Shown piece after piece: positions 35,649-49,985 of a DNA stretch of 64,000 bases. The stretch is from Podarcis vaucheri (Eukaryota). The position numbers and the translations under genes were made by a program. Each line of letters opens with the position of its first letter. The stretch's first letter is position 1. The DNA lies in NCBI GenBank assembly GCA_965113315.1, contig OZ220363.1. One strand, written 5' to 3'. Below the pieces are notes generated by a model. That model worked only from the letters and a program-made list of their open reading frames with translations. It had not been told where the DNA came from and searched no databases.

Positions 35649-37404
35649 AGCAGCAAACAGGAAGGATTGTGATCCAGACCTGTGTGGTGGCCTGTTCTCC
35701 ACTGAGATCTTCAGCCATTCTTGCTTCTGTTTTCAGTGCAAGAGTTGAAACTTTAATTGTGGCACTGAATTGTCTGGCCTTCTGGGTACTTTATTCATTC
35801 CCCCCACCCCACCCCACCCCCGGCTTGCTCTTGCTGAGTTGTTGAGCTGCTGGAAATCCAGGTATCTCTGAACAATTCATTTCTTAGTTGCTATTGTGCC
35901 ATTATGACAAGTTCCCAGATTTTTGTACTTCGTGGACTTATTAGAAACCTAAATTATCAGATGAAATAAATGATTCCTTCTAATTGTTTTGCTGTTGGAT
36001 TTGCAGGTGCTTCTACACTAGGTGTTCAGCGTGGAATTGTCATGCTTCGGGCATTCACTTTTGAATGGGGCATCCATACAGTGCTGACATCCATGTATTG
36101 TCCTCCTGTGTTTTCCTGTGACTCTTGTTAGGTATTTGTTTAATACCTACTCTTGTTAGGTATTTTCTGTTTAATAACAGAAAAACAGCACAATTCTGAC
36201 GGTGCCTGCGGCCTTAGCATTCCTCATCCATCTTCTTAAAGAGATGGAGTTTCAATTAGTGTGTCCAGATGAGGGTCTCCTACTGCTATCAGTCATGACT
36301 CTCCCGTTATAAGCAGAATGGCAGCTGATTATCCACCTGCCTCTGGTGCTCTGGTGCAGTGTCTGCATCTTATTATATTTTGTCCACAAGGTGGGCATGA
36401 CATAACTGTATGGACAAGGTTATACCCTTCTGTTTCTTCACCTGTTGGTTGGCTGTCACACGTCTCCTTTTCCTCACATTTTGAAGCGGGTGCTTCTTGG
36501 CACCATTTTAACCCCCTGCTTTGTGTGCCCTCCTGTGTGAATGTGTTTACACAGTTAGCACAATTGCAAAAAAGTAAAGAAGAGTGCTTGCAGCTTACTT
36601 CCAAGTAAACATCATTAGAGATCAGGCTCTAAATCCCGTGGATTTCACTTGAGAATGACTAATCTCTAGTTCAGTCAATTTTAGAACCAGATCTAATTGG
36701 ACAATCCAGTGTAGCCAGTTCAACAACCCAGCTAGAAAGCATGTTAAATTGATTCCCCGTCCCCTTGCTTATTGGTTGCAGTATTTTACCACAGCACAAT
36801 TGTTAAATGTTTTTAATAGTGTCTGCAGCACAGGGGCTGGAGGATTGTGGCCTTGCAGGATTACTGCTGAAACCTACACCTTGCTACTTGGAAGTCAGCA
36901 ATACTTTATCTTAATGCAGTTTACCAATAAAATAGCTAACTGAAGTGTGTAGGGAACCTTGTTCTAGGGAACAATTTATTAAGACTGAAATCTGGTAGAA
37001 AGGAGTTGAGGTACAGGACATGAAATGATTTTTAAGCCAGAAGTACATGGCAGGCCTTAGAGAAAGGAGCGGTCATCTCCAACATGTCAGGGAAAACAAC
37101 TCCCAGTGTGGTTCAGATGTGACTTTTCCTGTGCACAACTGCAAGGAGATTGCTGTGCACTTCTGCTCTTTCCCTCTTTAACAATAAGAAAAAAGGTGGA
37201 AGAAGCAATGGGAAAGCATGGGAGGATTATACTTGGCTTACATCCAGATGCCCTGTAACACTGCATGGCAGAGGCATACCAAATACACATTAAAAGCTTC
37301 AGAGAAGGCATAATGAACACATATACTGAAAGCCTCATAGGGAAGCAGCCAGTGTGTGCCATGATCTATAAGCAAGGACAATAATAATAACAAATTTTTA
37401 TTTA

Positions 37405-37664
37405 CCGTATTTTTCGCTCTATAAGACGCACCAGACCACAGGACGCACCTAATTTTTGCAGAAGGAAAACAAGGGGGGGGGGGATTCTGAATCTCAGAAG
37501 CCAGAACAGCAAGAGGGATCGCTGTGCAGTGAAAGCAGCAATCCCTCTTGCTGTTCTGGCTTCTGTGATAGCTGCGCAGCCTGCATTCGCTCTATAAGAC
37601 GCACACACATTTCCCCGTACTTTTTAGGAGGGAAAAAGTGAGTCTTATAGAGCAAAAAATACGG
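37405..37664. mobile_element. Tc2/Kanga-like MITE with internal palindrome
   Basis: TA|CCGTATTTTTCGCTCTATAAGACGCAC ... GAGTCTTATAGAGCAAAAAATACGG|TA, with an internal ~30-bp inverted repeat at 37492-37569. Confidence 0.8.
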
Positions 37665-38355
37665 TATATCCTGCCCTCCCCAGCCAAAGCTGGGCTCAGA
37701 GCGGCTAACAACAATATTGCCATTCAATGTACCATTGTTATCTTTCTAGTTGGAGTCATTATATCAACCCCATTCATTTTTTCCACTCATCGTCAGATTA
37801 GCTCTGTAGTTTATTTTGTTGGTAGACACACATAAACAGCATATATATTTCTACCATAGGACTCTGGTACACCGTGGTGACCGGTAGGATAGAAAGTTAA
37901 AGATAGAGCCAGAGCCACCCTCCTCTCTGCTGAGTTGTACAAGCAATACTGAGACTAAGGCAGCCAGGACCAATCCCTGGACTGGATGCTAAAGTAGGAT
38001 GGCAGCATTTGGGGGCTGACTGGGGGCAGACTAGGACTGGTGGGGCAGTGCCCTGATTCATACCTCCACTGGTGCTACACCAAGTGTTATGCCTTCCTTT
38101 TTTCTTTTTTCTTTACTTTGTTGCAGCTACCACCTAGTAAGAGTTCCTTAATACATCTGGTTCATCTGTCATTAGAGTCAAAGCGAGGGACACTTTGGCC
38201 TTGCTCTCACATGGGGCTACTTCTTGGTGATTCTACATTGGTAGCAGCCAATGTATAATATGTATTGGGATGTCTTGTCTAGTCTGCAGAATGCACACTG
38301 CTTTTTCAAGATGTCACGCGTTTATGCTTTTATTATATCCTCCTAAATACTTCCT

Positions 38356-38663
38356 GTAAAGTAAAGGTAAAGGGATCCCTGACCATTAGGTCCAGTCACG
38401 GACAACTCTGGGGTTGTGGTGCTCATCTCGCTTTACTGGCCAAGGGAGCCGGTGTACAGCTTCCGGGTCATGTGGCTAGCATGACTAAGCCACTTCTGTC
38501 AAACCAGAGCAGCGCACGGAAACGCCGTTTACCTTCCCATCAGAGCGGTACCTATTTATCTACATGTACTTCATGCTTTCGAACTGCTAGGTTGGCAGGA
38601 GCAGGGACCGAGCAATGGGAGCTCACCCCGTTGCGGGGATTCGAACCGCCGACCTTCTGATCA
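38356..38663 (-). mobile_element. Sauria-type SINE
   Basis: gtaaaggtaaagggatccctgaccattaggtccagtc...ggattcgaaccgccgaccttctgatc, with (ACCTTT)-type tail and tRNA B-box on the minus strand. Confidence 0.8.
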
Positions 38664-40572
38664 GTGATCTGCTTATTTTTCCAGTAACAAATTAACATAA
38701 CCTTCTTTTGGGGAGGGGAGCCACTCCCCCCCCCCATGGCAACATGGAATATATAGAGGTACAACTTAGAAAGTGATATTCAGGACGATGTTTGAATTAT
38801 TATAGAACTATGTTTTACCACATCCCGTTTTTCAGCATTCTTTCTAAACAGCTCATCTTCAACTAGCCTGACATAAGCTGACAAGTCATTATGTAAATTT
38901 TTATATAGAGATTTCGATCCTGCCATTCTAGTAACTAGGTATGAGATTAACTCTCCTAGTTCAAGGCCAAGCATTTATAGGATACTGTACTTGTGACTTT
39001 TCTCTCTCTGATATATATCTTGTTTTGTTGAGTCACCTCATCTATCATTTTTGGAACTATAAACTATGTACTATAATGTCAGTAGTGTTTGAGGGTGCTT
39101 ATGAAAGACAGATTGCTTTCTCCACGGTTAACCACATAAAGACTCCCATACCGAAACAAGCAGTGGGAAATGGTCTTTTCCTGGCGGAGAACTATTTCTT
39201 GGCATGAAGCTAAATTTGCACTTGAATAACACTTAGTGATATCACCTGATTCAGAGCACTGGTATCTGGCTTAGTTATTCCTAGCATGTGGTGCCTGCTG
39301 GTTTTTTTTTTGTAGATTTCAGTCTGTTAGAACTGGTAAAAGGCCATCACAGTCTAATATACACTGATTGGTGAAATAATTCTCCCCACCACCCCAGACC
39401 CATCCATAAACATACATAAACATACATAATACTCTTTCAGTCATCAACAGCTCCACCTAAGTCTCATTCTTGCCACCTTTCTAAAATAAGCAATGATTTC
39501 TTCTTCTCTTGGTTTCAAATGTGTTTCAGAACTCTTGTACATGCTGCCTCTATATATGAACCTTATGGCAAACAGTAGAGAATGCTGTTGCTATCTTCAG
39601 GGGGAATTGAAAACTAGGTTTGTGCAATTAAAGTTGATTTGATACAGCATGACCACAAACCTTTCCACCTCCAATCATACTTTTGTGATAATGAAAGTAA
39701 TAAGGAAAAGCACTGGAAAGGGTGGGATAACACATGCTTGATGCATTGTGCAAGGAAATTGAATGTTCAATATGCAGGTCGTCTGGAGGCAACCTTGGCT
39801 AGGTAAGGGTTGGGGCATGCCTAGTCTTCTCTTCTATTCCTAGACAAAAAGAAAGGGGGGGAGAGCAGAGTACTCAGTCTCTTGTCTAAATCTTTTTTTG
39901 GCATTTTTACCTTAAAAGTACTAATAGCACTTCAGCAGTGTTGCTATTTTGTGGGTGGAATTGTGCGAGAGCACCAAATTCACTTTTAATGTTGACTATA
40001 TTTTGTACATTGCTGTATATATCAACACGCTTCCACCCCCAAGTTGGAATTTTTGTGGTAACAAAAGGAGGAAATGTCCTACAACGTAACACTTCCTTGA
40101 GCAACATAGTACAACCTCCTGGCAAACAAATGCTCAGGAACAGTGGATATCATGTAACCTCCCTGCAAACTTTGTACAGAAAGATGTGGATGAATGCTCC
40201 ATAAAGAGGTGATTTGGAAGCAACCTGAGACCAGTATATTGTCTTGCAGTGCAATCCTAACCATGTCTACAGACCAATAAATCCTATAGATGTGAACAGG
40301 GATTACTCTTAGGTAAGCAGGGTTAGGATTGAAGCCTTAATGCTGTTTAGAAAGTTCCATTCAGTGATCTGCTTCTTGACAAATGTTCTTTGCAAATGTA
40401 GTGATTAGCTCCTAAGTATAATTCTAATACCATTTTTCCTTGCCTAGACAAGCCATTCAATATCAGGTAAGCTTTCTATGAAGAAATTGGCTGAGTTGCT
40501 TTATTCCAGTATTTGTCAACTAGATATTAAGCCACTGTTCCCCCTTTTGAGATACAACAGGAAACAGAAGTA

Positions 40573-40798
40573 CAGTGGTGCCTCGGGTTAAGTACTTAAT
40601 TCGTTCTGGAGGTCCGTTCTTAACCTGAAACTGTTCTTAACCTGAAGCACCACTTTAGCTAATGGGGCCTCCCGCTGCTGCCGTGCCGCCAGACCACGAT
40701 TTCTGTTCTCATCCTGAAGCAAAGTTCTTAACCTGAAGCACTATTTCTGGGTTAGCGGAGTATGTAACCTGAAGCGTATGTAACCCGAGGTACCACTG
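40573..40798. mobile_element. Tigger/pogo-like MITE (second copy)
   Basis: TA|CAGTGGTGCCTCGGGTTA ... TAACCCGAGGTACCACTG|TA; highly similar to 31344-31558. Confidence 0.85.
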
Positions 40799-42489
40799 TA
40801 TAAACTTATCAGGACTGTTGCACACATGGAAGCAATTTAAGCAAGCTAAGAATGAACATTTGAAAAGATGCGATATTTCTAAGGTCTGAATATTTCTGTT
40901 TTCCTACTTGGGTATATATGTGTGCACATATCATTCTCCTTAGTTACTGCCACTAGTACAAACCTGGTTTATTGAGGACAGTGATTAGCCCAAGTCAAAT
41001 ATAAGCTTATCTATTCCCATGAAACAGCTTTGTCTACAAAATGTAGTTTCAAAGGAGCATCCTCTTTGTATAGAGGGCTAGGGAACCTCAGGGCCAGGAG
41101 CCAAATGGAAGCATCTCCCTTGGCCATGTCTCATCACCAGCCTTGATCCATGCTCTCCTTGAGTGCTTTTCCTAGCTGGAGTATGTCCTTGAACTAAGAT
41201 AATGCTGTCTCTTGTTTACCTGGATGGAGAGGGTGTATGCGTAGAAACCTCTGACAATTGTGTGTCCATAATGTAAACAAAATGTGTCCAAAATCCATTG
41301 CTCTGCTTACTTTTGCCTCTAGCCCCACCCACCATTAACATACTAACATAAGAAAAGCCTGCTGGGTCAGACTAAAGACCCATCTAGTCCAGTGCTGTGG
41401 ACCTGGGAACAGCCATACTTTCCAGCTTGTGATCCCCAGCCCCTGCTATTCAGAGGCACTATCTCGGATACTGGAGGTATTATGGTCATCACGACTAGTA
41501 GCTATGGATTATCTTATCCTCCACAGATTTATCTAAATCACAGCTCTCTTCTGTTATGAAAAAAGCCCACCCTGGCTTCATCAGTGGGGTGGTGTCTAAA
41601 AACCTCAGTCAGCATAGCTGAGTAACAGATGTACAAACTTCCTGTTTTGTTAAATGTAATCAATGCATGACTTTAATCAAAGATCTTCAGGAACAGCTCC
41701 TAAGTGGGGAGGTATTGCTGCAAAAATTATGAAGCAGCAGAGTGACAACACAAGCAACTCCAAAGATAGGACTCTTTATTACAGCCAAATTTCATAAAGT
41801 ACAAAGTAATGATCTCAAAACTAAGAATATAAAGCATAGACCTGTACTTATGCATGGGGTTACAGAAACACCAGATACTATTCACTACAAGGATGCTCTT
41901 GAGCCTGAAGTATTAGAAGCAAGGTACCATAAGAACATCATGTTGCCATTCTGAAGCTACTTCGATTCAATGGAGAGCCCTGCACAGGAGAGGAATGGTG
42001 ATACAACATTTTAGCAAGTCTTGAATTATGAGCTGAATCAAAGGAAGGAGGTATCACTGCACCCAGGACCCCACCCAACCAGCTTCTGCCGGTCAGGATG
42101 GGCAGTCAAGAGCAAGAAGCTGTCCACATCATTATAAGAGTTCTGTCCACATCATCAGGCCATATAAATTGAAATTGACCGCACAGAGTACTGCAATGAG
42201 CACCTCAACTAGAGTTGCAGTAACAGTGACATCCAAGGCACTACAGAGCTGCGTGATTTTATCCCCAAATCATTGTGCAAATTGCTCATAGCATGCTGCC
42301 AAAGGTTCCAGTGGCCCATCTGCTACTTCTGGTACAACCATACTCTGGAACACTCAAAACAATTCTGCTGCATGGCTCTTCGAGGATACAATAGAGGCAG
42401 CAGAATAATCTCTTAGCCTGCTTCACTACAACTTAGGTCCAGGGTACCTTTATATCCCTCTGAGAACAGCAGCAGGAGTGTTCCCTGAG

Positions 42490-42800
42490 TTGGTGAGGCT
42501 CATTTGACAACAATGAGAAACCAAACCTTTTGTGTCATTGGCCCAGTCCTTTGGAATACTCTGCCAAGAGAGTTTCAGGAGGCACCTTCTGTGCCATCTT
42601 CTAAATGCCTGCTGAAAATCTTTTTATTTCGCCAGGCTTATGCAGACAGTTAAGAGTTCATCCTCCATCATGGTTTATTTATGCTTGTTTTTAACTTCTT
42701 TTTCTTTTAATTTAGTTTTTATATTTGCTTTTTAAATGTAGTTTTTATCTTTTAAATGTTGTAAGTCGCTTTGATATGTTTTGTGATTTAGTGGTATATA
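42490..42800 (+). mobile_element. Old L2-type LINE 3' fragment in the TKFC 3' UTR region
   Basis: ctttggaatactctgcc...ctgaaaatctttttatttcgccaggctt and tgtaagtcgctttga, which resemble an L2 tail. Confidence 0.5.
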
Positions 42801-43249
42801 CTTTTATAAATATATACAATAAATTAATCACCACTAAATTAAATTGTTTTAACCTGCAATCCTTCCATCACTGCACGAAGAATAGCTGCAGCTGCTACAG
42901 CACCAGGGTCTGGCCGATTTAGGCGGGATGAGCCAATGTAACTGGCCCTGCCTGCAGCTGCTTCCATATGTTTTGTAGACTCAGCAGCAGCCTCTGCCTC
43001 CTGCAGAAAAAAGCAAGACATTATAAGAGGAGAAACAGATACCTATGTGCTCACCATTTGCAAGGAATTAAGAGTAGATAGATACCACCAAAAGCTTTCA
43101 TTTGCTTCTAAATTTGAAACCATAAGCCCTCATCTGGACACTAGTCCTCCCCATTTCTGTTGTGATGTGATGCCTTTTAGTCCTAATGCTGCAAACAAAC
43201 CACTTTAGGATTTTGCCTAATGATTTTAAGTGTTTGGTAATTTTTCCCT

Positions 43250-43513
43250 CACTGTGAGAGGCCAAGTTACAGGGAACCAGGCAGAGGGCCTTCTCGGTAG
43301 TGGCACCCGCCCTGTGGAACGCCCTCCCATCAGATGTCAAAGCGATAAACAACTACCTGACATTCAGAAGACATCTGAAGGCAGCCCTGTTCAGGGAAGT
43401 TTTTAATATGTGACATTTTAGTGTATTTTTCATCTTTGTTGGAAGCCGCCCAGAGTGGCTGGGGAAACCCAGCCAGATGGGCGGGGTACAAATAATAAAT
43501 TATTATTATTATT
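43250..43513 (+). mobile_element. Young L2-type LINE 3' end with (TTA)n tail in the last TKFC intron
   Basis: gcagagggccttctcggtagtggc...ggaagccgcccagagtggctggggaaacccagccagatgggcggggt...aataataaattattatt. Confidence 0.75.
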
Positions 43514-46500
43514 CAGATTGCAGATGGACTACTAGTGAAATTGATACTGTGTGCCTGATAAGACTTATGCTGATTGGACAATACGAGAATGCACAGAACT
43601 ACAGATACGTATACTACATATCTATAACCTGAGAAAACTTGCTTATAGTTCCCTGCTCTCATCTTCCTAAATGATGCAAAAGGGTGTTGTTGTTTTTTAC
43701 ACTTTGGGTTGTAGGTACATTAACATACTCACTTCTACAGCTTTGGTCAGAACCTTCAGTGGATTAGTCTCTGGGTTCTTCAGAGCTCTGAGCTGCCCAG
43801 CAGCAGCACAGAGTGAATCCAGCTAGCAAAGAGACAAAGAATAATTAAGAGGACAATAGCTCTATCAGGGTTAGTTATGGACAGTCATTATCTTGGCAGG
43901 GATAGTCTCCTATCTGAAACCTGAACACCTGGAATTGTTTGCTGAAACTGAATGTTATGGGAAATATTCCATACATTCTGGACAAGGCAAGTTAATGTTG
44001 GTAACTATTGTTTAGATAAATTGTGCTAACTAACACTACACTAATTTGCTAGTGTAAAGTGTCTGGTATGTGCAGATGTGTGAAGCATTCTAAAGTAACC
44101 ATAATTAAGACTGCAAGCCATGACTGCTAAGTAAAGCAAAAAAAAAGTGGTGTCACTTTTGCCTTGAGGTAGCTCCATGGCAGAAAAAGAAATTTCAGGT
44201 GCTTCTCCTGATTTCTTTCCCTTCTCATTCTGCACTTATGGTATAGCATGACACTTCTCATACCTTCCTGAATTTTGTGTTTTTGCATTCATGGTACCCC
44301 ATCTGACCATGTCTGAGAGTACCCATTTTCTTCGAGCACAGACCCTCCTTTCTCCATACTTCACATCAAAGCAAGAGTAACAACCTTCCATGGCTGTTCC
44401 TTGAAATGCAATGACTCAAGTGTGTCCTTCTATGCCAAACCACAAATGAGGCAGCATGGCAGTGGAGCAACCCTCAGAAGTGTTATAACACCCCAGAAAC
44501 AAACTGTCTCCAAAAATTCAAAGTCATACCTTTGGAATTTTTGCATCTATGCTGGTATTAACAGTAAATCTGAATTAACAAGGCGACAACTCAAGCATGA
44601 CATTGTGTAGATGTCCCCTAAAATTAGTTCCTGGGTGCCTTCAGATATGCTTCAAATAGCTGGAATGGAAGGGGCCTTAATGAAGGACAGTGCTAGGGCA
44701 CATTACTCACCATAGTTCTGTCTCCAGGTGAAGCTCCTCCATACCTGTCAGATGAATACAGTTAGTAGTGTAGGTTCCACATGTGCATCCCTCCCACCGT
44801 AGAGGCAGTCTCACTCATATAGCAAGGATGGAAGTAGCAAGAGAACACATGTATAATTACTCTGCTGCAGTCATGTAAGGGTCACACTCACCGCATCATG
44901 GCATCAATACCAGCATCCATGGCCGCTGACCAAGTTGCCAATTCATCATCAGTCCGTAGGGGCTGAGCAGCTGCTGTTAGAAACAGTCCATAGAGCTGTA
45001 AGAAAACAAAGTGGTTTCATCTCTGATAAAGTCTAGGGTAATAATACAATAATCAAATGCAGTATTTCTCTTTAGCATATTACAATTTTCTCCTTATCTA
45101 CTCCTACAGCTTGAGACAGAAAATAGTTTAAAACGCAATAAAATCTAACAAAATAAGCTGAATGGAACTTCTTTTTATCAATAAGCGTCTTAACAAAGAA
45201 CCTTTTAATAAAGTTTCCATAGTCAAGGTAGTCTAAGAGCTATCAGATCAAAATCAGAATTCAGTGGCCCTAGCAAAACAAATTATTACAGCCCACCCTA
45301 GTTCCAAGGTCTATGGCACATCTTTTCTGTCTGCATATCTGCCATCTTGTGAGACTAATGAACCACAAAGGCACCCCCTGAGTATAAGACAAAAGGGGAT
45401 ATAAACCTGTGTCTCCATTGTCCAACACTGTTGCTTCATGAATTCCCTTTGTGATAGCTTTTGACCTCTAAACACAACAGAGTGAGATGGACTAGAGTCC
45501 TGAGGTAGTAAAATGGATTGTAGCATTTCTGACTGTAGACAAGAGATCACATTTGTGCATGATGCTCTAACTAAAAACATTTTGTAAGTAGAAATTAGCC
45601 TAACCATACTCCTTTTATGCTAGAACTTCTTTCCAAAATGTGCCCCACCTCCGAAGTAGTACAGTCTATTCTACTACAACTGTCTGTTGCATGAATAGAC
45701 TACATTTAAATTTCTCAGTGGAAATAGTTTCAGTGTATTTTGGAACTACTACATGCATACAAGTTTGCTCCAATTTAGTAAAAGCTTTAATTTTTATGTT
45801 ATGAGAATTTGCCGGTTCTGTATGTTAGATATTATAATTTAAAAACTTAATTTCTCACCAAAAGAGCATTTATTGATGAGAAAGGGAAACAGTACTGCAC
45901 TCTAAAGAGTTGCTTGTTGTAGTGCTAGTTTGTCTCACAACTAGGAAGCTCCCAGTTTCTCCATCTGAAAGTGTTTAAAATATTCTGATCATCTCCCACC
46001 CCGTTTCCTAACATGAGCCACATTTTTAGAGAATTATGTGTCAGCAGTAAAAATGCTTATTTGCTACTTTTTCCTAACTGTTGCTCCTTCTCCCACTACA
46101 CACACAAATTCTAGTAGTACCAATCACCCTTACATAAGAGCAATGAGCAACCTTAAACAGGTTATCCAAATTCTTCTAACACTTTTTTTTTTTAAAAAAA
46201 TATTTATTAAAAGTTTAAGAATTAAAGAAAAAAAGTACTTTTTTCTTTTTGTACTTGTACAAATTCTTCTAACACTCACCGCCCCCGAAGAACCCCCCAT
46301 CTTCTCCAGCAGTAACTTTGCTAGGGCAGAGAGCAGCTGAGAGGGGTACAGTGGTAAAGGTTTTGACTCCACCCATTCCTGGATTGCTGAGGAAACAACA
46401 CTCACTGGTTAAAATTGACAATCTCCCATCTGGCTAAGGGCTCCCCCTGACTGGTGTTTATTGCAGGTGTATTCTGCAAAATGTTTTTAAGCACGGTAAT

Positions 46501-49500
46501 AGTGCATAAATGGCGGATTTATTCTGCTGTGATGCTTCTCCAATGCTACCACATTACTGATGTCTGGAGAGGCTATCATGCAACAAAGAAGAACAAAAAT
46601 GAACATTTTAAACATTTGTTAAAAAGAGCTACAGGTTTTCAGCACAGGATATGCACTGATTGGAACTGAAGCAGTGTGACCATCCCAAAGCTTGGGACAA
46701 CTCTATTAGGATCAAGAACACAAATAGTCATGAATATACCATAAAAAGGATGTCTGGAGGGGCCCTCACTAATTTTGCAATCAATTGCATTTTTCAACAA
46801 CATAGGTCCCCCAAAAAACTAAGACTAAGCCTATAAAGCAATTCTGCAGATATGTCTCAGTTAGTATGGTAATTTGAAGCATCAAGGGAAAAGATCTCAA
46901 CAACCTTTTTTCAGTCAGAGTACATAGTTTTCCCACACCAACACCTTTTTATCATATTCAGTCTATGGCATCTCTGAAGAGTCCTTTAGCAGCAGGAAGA
47001 TTCAGGAAGGCATTTTATGTAGGCCACCAAGTCTAGTGTTCCCTCCTGAACCGGAACAAATTTAGTACCTTTCAGCATATTCTTTGCTCCATTTTAGCTT
47101 AACAATATTATTATTATTATGGTATTTTAATTTATTGCCCACCCTTCAACACCCTGGGATGATTTACAACAATTTAAAGTGCAACATTAAAAACATTTAA
47201 AATAACCTACAATCAAAAACGGCCCAGAGGCTTCATATAGATGTTAAATAGCATAGGGGATAAGATGGAACCCTGTGGATTCCAACACACTTTTTATCAA
47301 CATATCATCAAACAGCATATATAACCCATCCAGCTCATATTCTCTCTGTTCTTCAGAAAAGTAGTACACCAGTGTCATTATTCATTTAACTTACAACCCC
47401 AAGTCTATAATGGAACACAAGCTGAGGTTATGTGCTCCAAAAATAGCAAAGGAGTTGTCGGAAGAGCACTAACCTCTGGCAGCTCGTGCATGTGTGCTGC
47501 CACAGTCTCCATCACCTGCGGCCCGATCTAGATCATTGAGCTCCTCTTGTAGGTTCAGCAGTGTGTTGCACACCTTCTCTAGAACTGCTCTCATGTAGGG
47601 CGTGGCTGGTGCTAAATGAAATGGGAATAGCTATTTCATTTCAATAGTGGTAAGGCTCCCAGTTTCACATTTTGTCTTACAGAGCAAGTACTGATGTTGC
47701 TATGCATTTCCCTTTCATATAATGTGTGAGTGTAAGGGTAAACTCTATCCAAACATATCACTTTATTAGTAGGCTATTTCAGTTCATGCTGGATTTTTCA
47801 TCACTTGTTTACTCAGCACCTGATGAAACAGCTGAAAATCTGTAATGATTCAGCTTAATAGTTCTGTATTTGAAATGAATAAAGTAATATGAAACATTCT
47901 GCATGTGATATTTGATCTATGATGGCCCAGTCATGTGTATAAATCACTTTATGCTGAAGTCATCATGAATATCCATGGATTAACTGGTGCAGAAACAGAA
48001 AGGCCAGCTCACAGATAAACACATCCAATTGCTTGCATATGCAGAAAGAAATGCTGCAAATACTACTACCTAGGAATCTATTATCATTAACTTACAGATG
48101 GAGAAACTGGGGTATGAAAGGATTTTTGTTTATATGTTTTATATGTCATACAGATAATGAGAGAACAAGAGTGAAGCAAAACAAAAGCCAACATTTCTGG
48201 CAAAAAGGCATTTACTGTCCTGACCAGCCTTTTGCTCATCCAGTCCTTCAAACAGGACACGATGACTCCTGTTGGTGCTGCTTGTGTCTCCAAATTACTT
48301 TCACTCTCAATGCTCCTTGAGAGAAGGACATTCTGCCATCACAAAGCCAGAATCACTGTCTCAGCAGACAGGATGAAACTGGTTACAGTATGGCAAGAAA
48401 TTTCTCAGAGAGATGATGTTTCAGCCTGTACCTTTAAATGGAAAAGACTCCTCTTCCTCCTCTTCCTTGGGTGCTACTGACTCTCTCACTCTTTTCTGGC
48501 CTGACACATGCACCTTGGCAGGTTGTGACCAAGCAACAGCTGTAGTGTCGGAATCTAGAATTTGGAATACAAGAGTGTGATATACATTTGCTGATAGTTT
48601 CACAACACCATTGGTTCATATCCATGAAGTCATCAACACACGGACTCTTAAAAATCATCAGCATTTTTCTTAGCAGAAGCCACAAAAGTCTGGTTATGAA
48701 CCCCAAATAACAAAGCCCAACATTAACAGAATTGGGCAGTCTAACAAGACAGGACTTATATTATTAATGAGAAGTTCAAATTTATATATTTTGGAGTTAT
48801 TGTGTCTCATCACTGGGCTTATAGCAAACTGGAGACATTTGGTCAAACTGTCAGGAAATGCTGCCATTTGGATCAAGGGAAATAATGTAATTTGTATTAT
48901 CTATTTTATCTGTATTGGAATGAGAATATACTCATTATCAGAAAGAAAATGAGCCTCCAGGACGTAATACATATTTTCAAGACATATACCACCCCCCCCA
49001 ACCTGATCAATTAAGTCACAACTTATTTTCAAGTCGCAAATTTGAGAAGAAAACTGGTATCTCAAGAACTCACCAATGAGAGTCAACAGCTCATCATCTA
49101 CAAGCATAAGAGTAAGGGAGACACCTGCCATTTCCAGTGCAGTCATAAAGGAGCCAACAAAAACTCGGGCAATATGGATGCCCCTGCTCTCTGCAGTGAT
49201 GAAGCAAGAGAAACTAAGAAGCATGATTAGGAACATTACATTACATCTCTGCCAGGGTGGAGCCAGATGGATATATGAAAGGTATTGTGCATTTTCCCCC
49301 TGAACATCTGTGTGATCCTCTGATATCATAAAGGTTCTTCCCCATATATCCCAGTCGTGCAGAACATGGCATACTGATGTCCCACAGTGATATAATGTTT
49401 GGTGGAGATACACCAAATTAAGTTTCAATGTTCTGCTGTCATATTTGGATCAGTGAAGCTACTGTCCCCAGTAGCTGATTGGTGCCCTGTCTTTTTTTTT

Positions 49501-49631
49501 ATAGTGTGTGATTTATTTCATTATATACATTTTAAGCCATTTGCTCTATGTTTTCTTTTTCTTTCTTTTTTTACACACTGCACCTACTCTTAGCTTGTGG
49601 CATACTAGTCTGGACAGCATGGGCTCTACTG

Positions 49632-49985
49632 CTGAATCATCCCGCCTTGGGTGTTGGAAAAGATGAGTTTTTCTAAAGCTGGTCTAATAAGTAAAATGTG
49701 ATGAGCTTTATCAAACTACATATAATCTACATCGTAAGTATTCTAAACTTCTAGGCATCACTATGAACATTAAATGCTAGTTTTGCACAATTAAGCATGC
49801 TCCAAATTCTGAATCATCCCGCCTTGGGTGTTGGAAAAGATGAGTTTTTCTAAAGCTGGTCTAATAAGTAAAATGTGATGAGCTTTATCAAACTACATAT
49901 AATCTACATCGTAAGTATTCTAAACTTCTAGGCATCGCTATGAACATTAAATGCTAGTTTTGCACAATAAAGCATGCTCCAAATT
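49632..49985. repeat. Tandem duplication, 2 x 177 bp, in a TKFC intron
   Basis: Units 49632-49808 and 49809-49985, both starting ctgaatcatcccgcc; about 2 mismatches seen. Confidence 0.92.
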
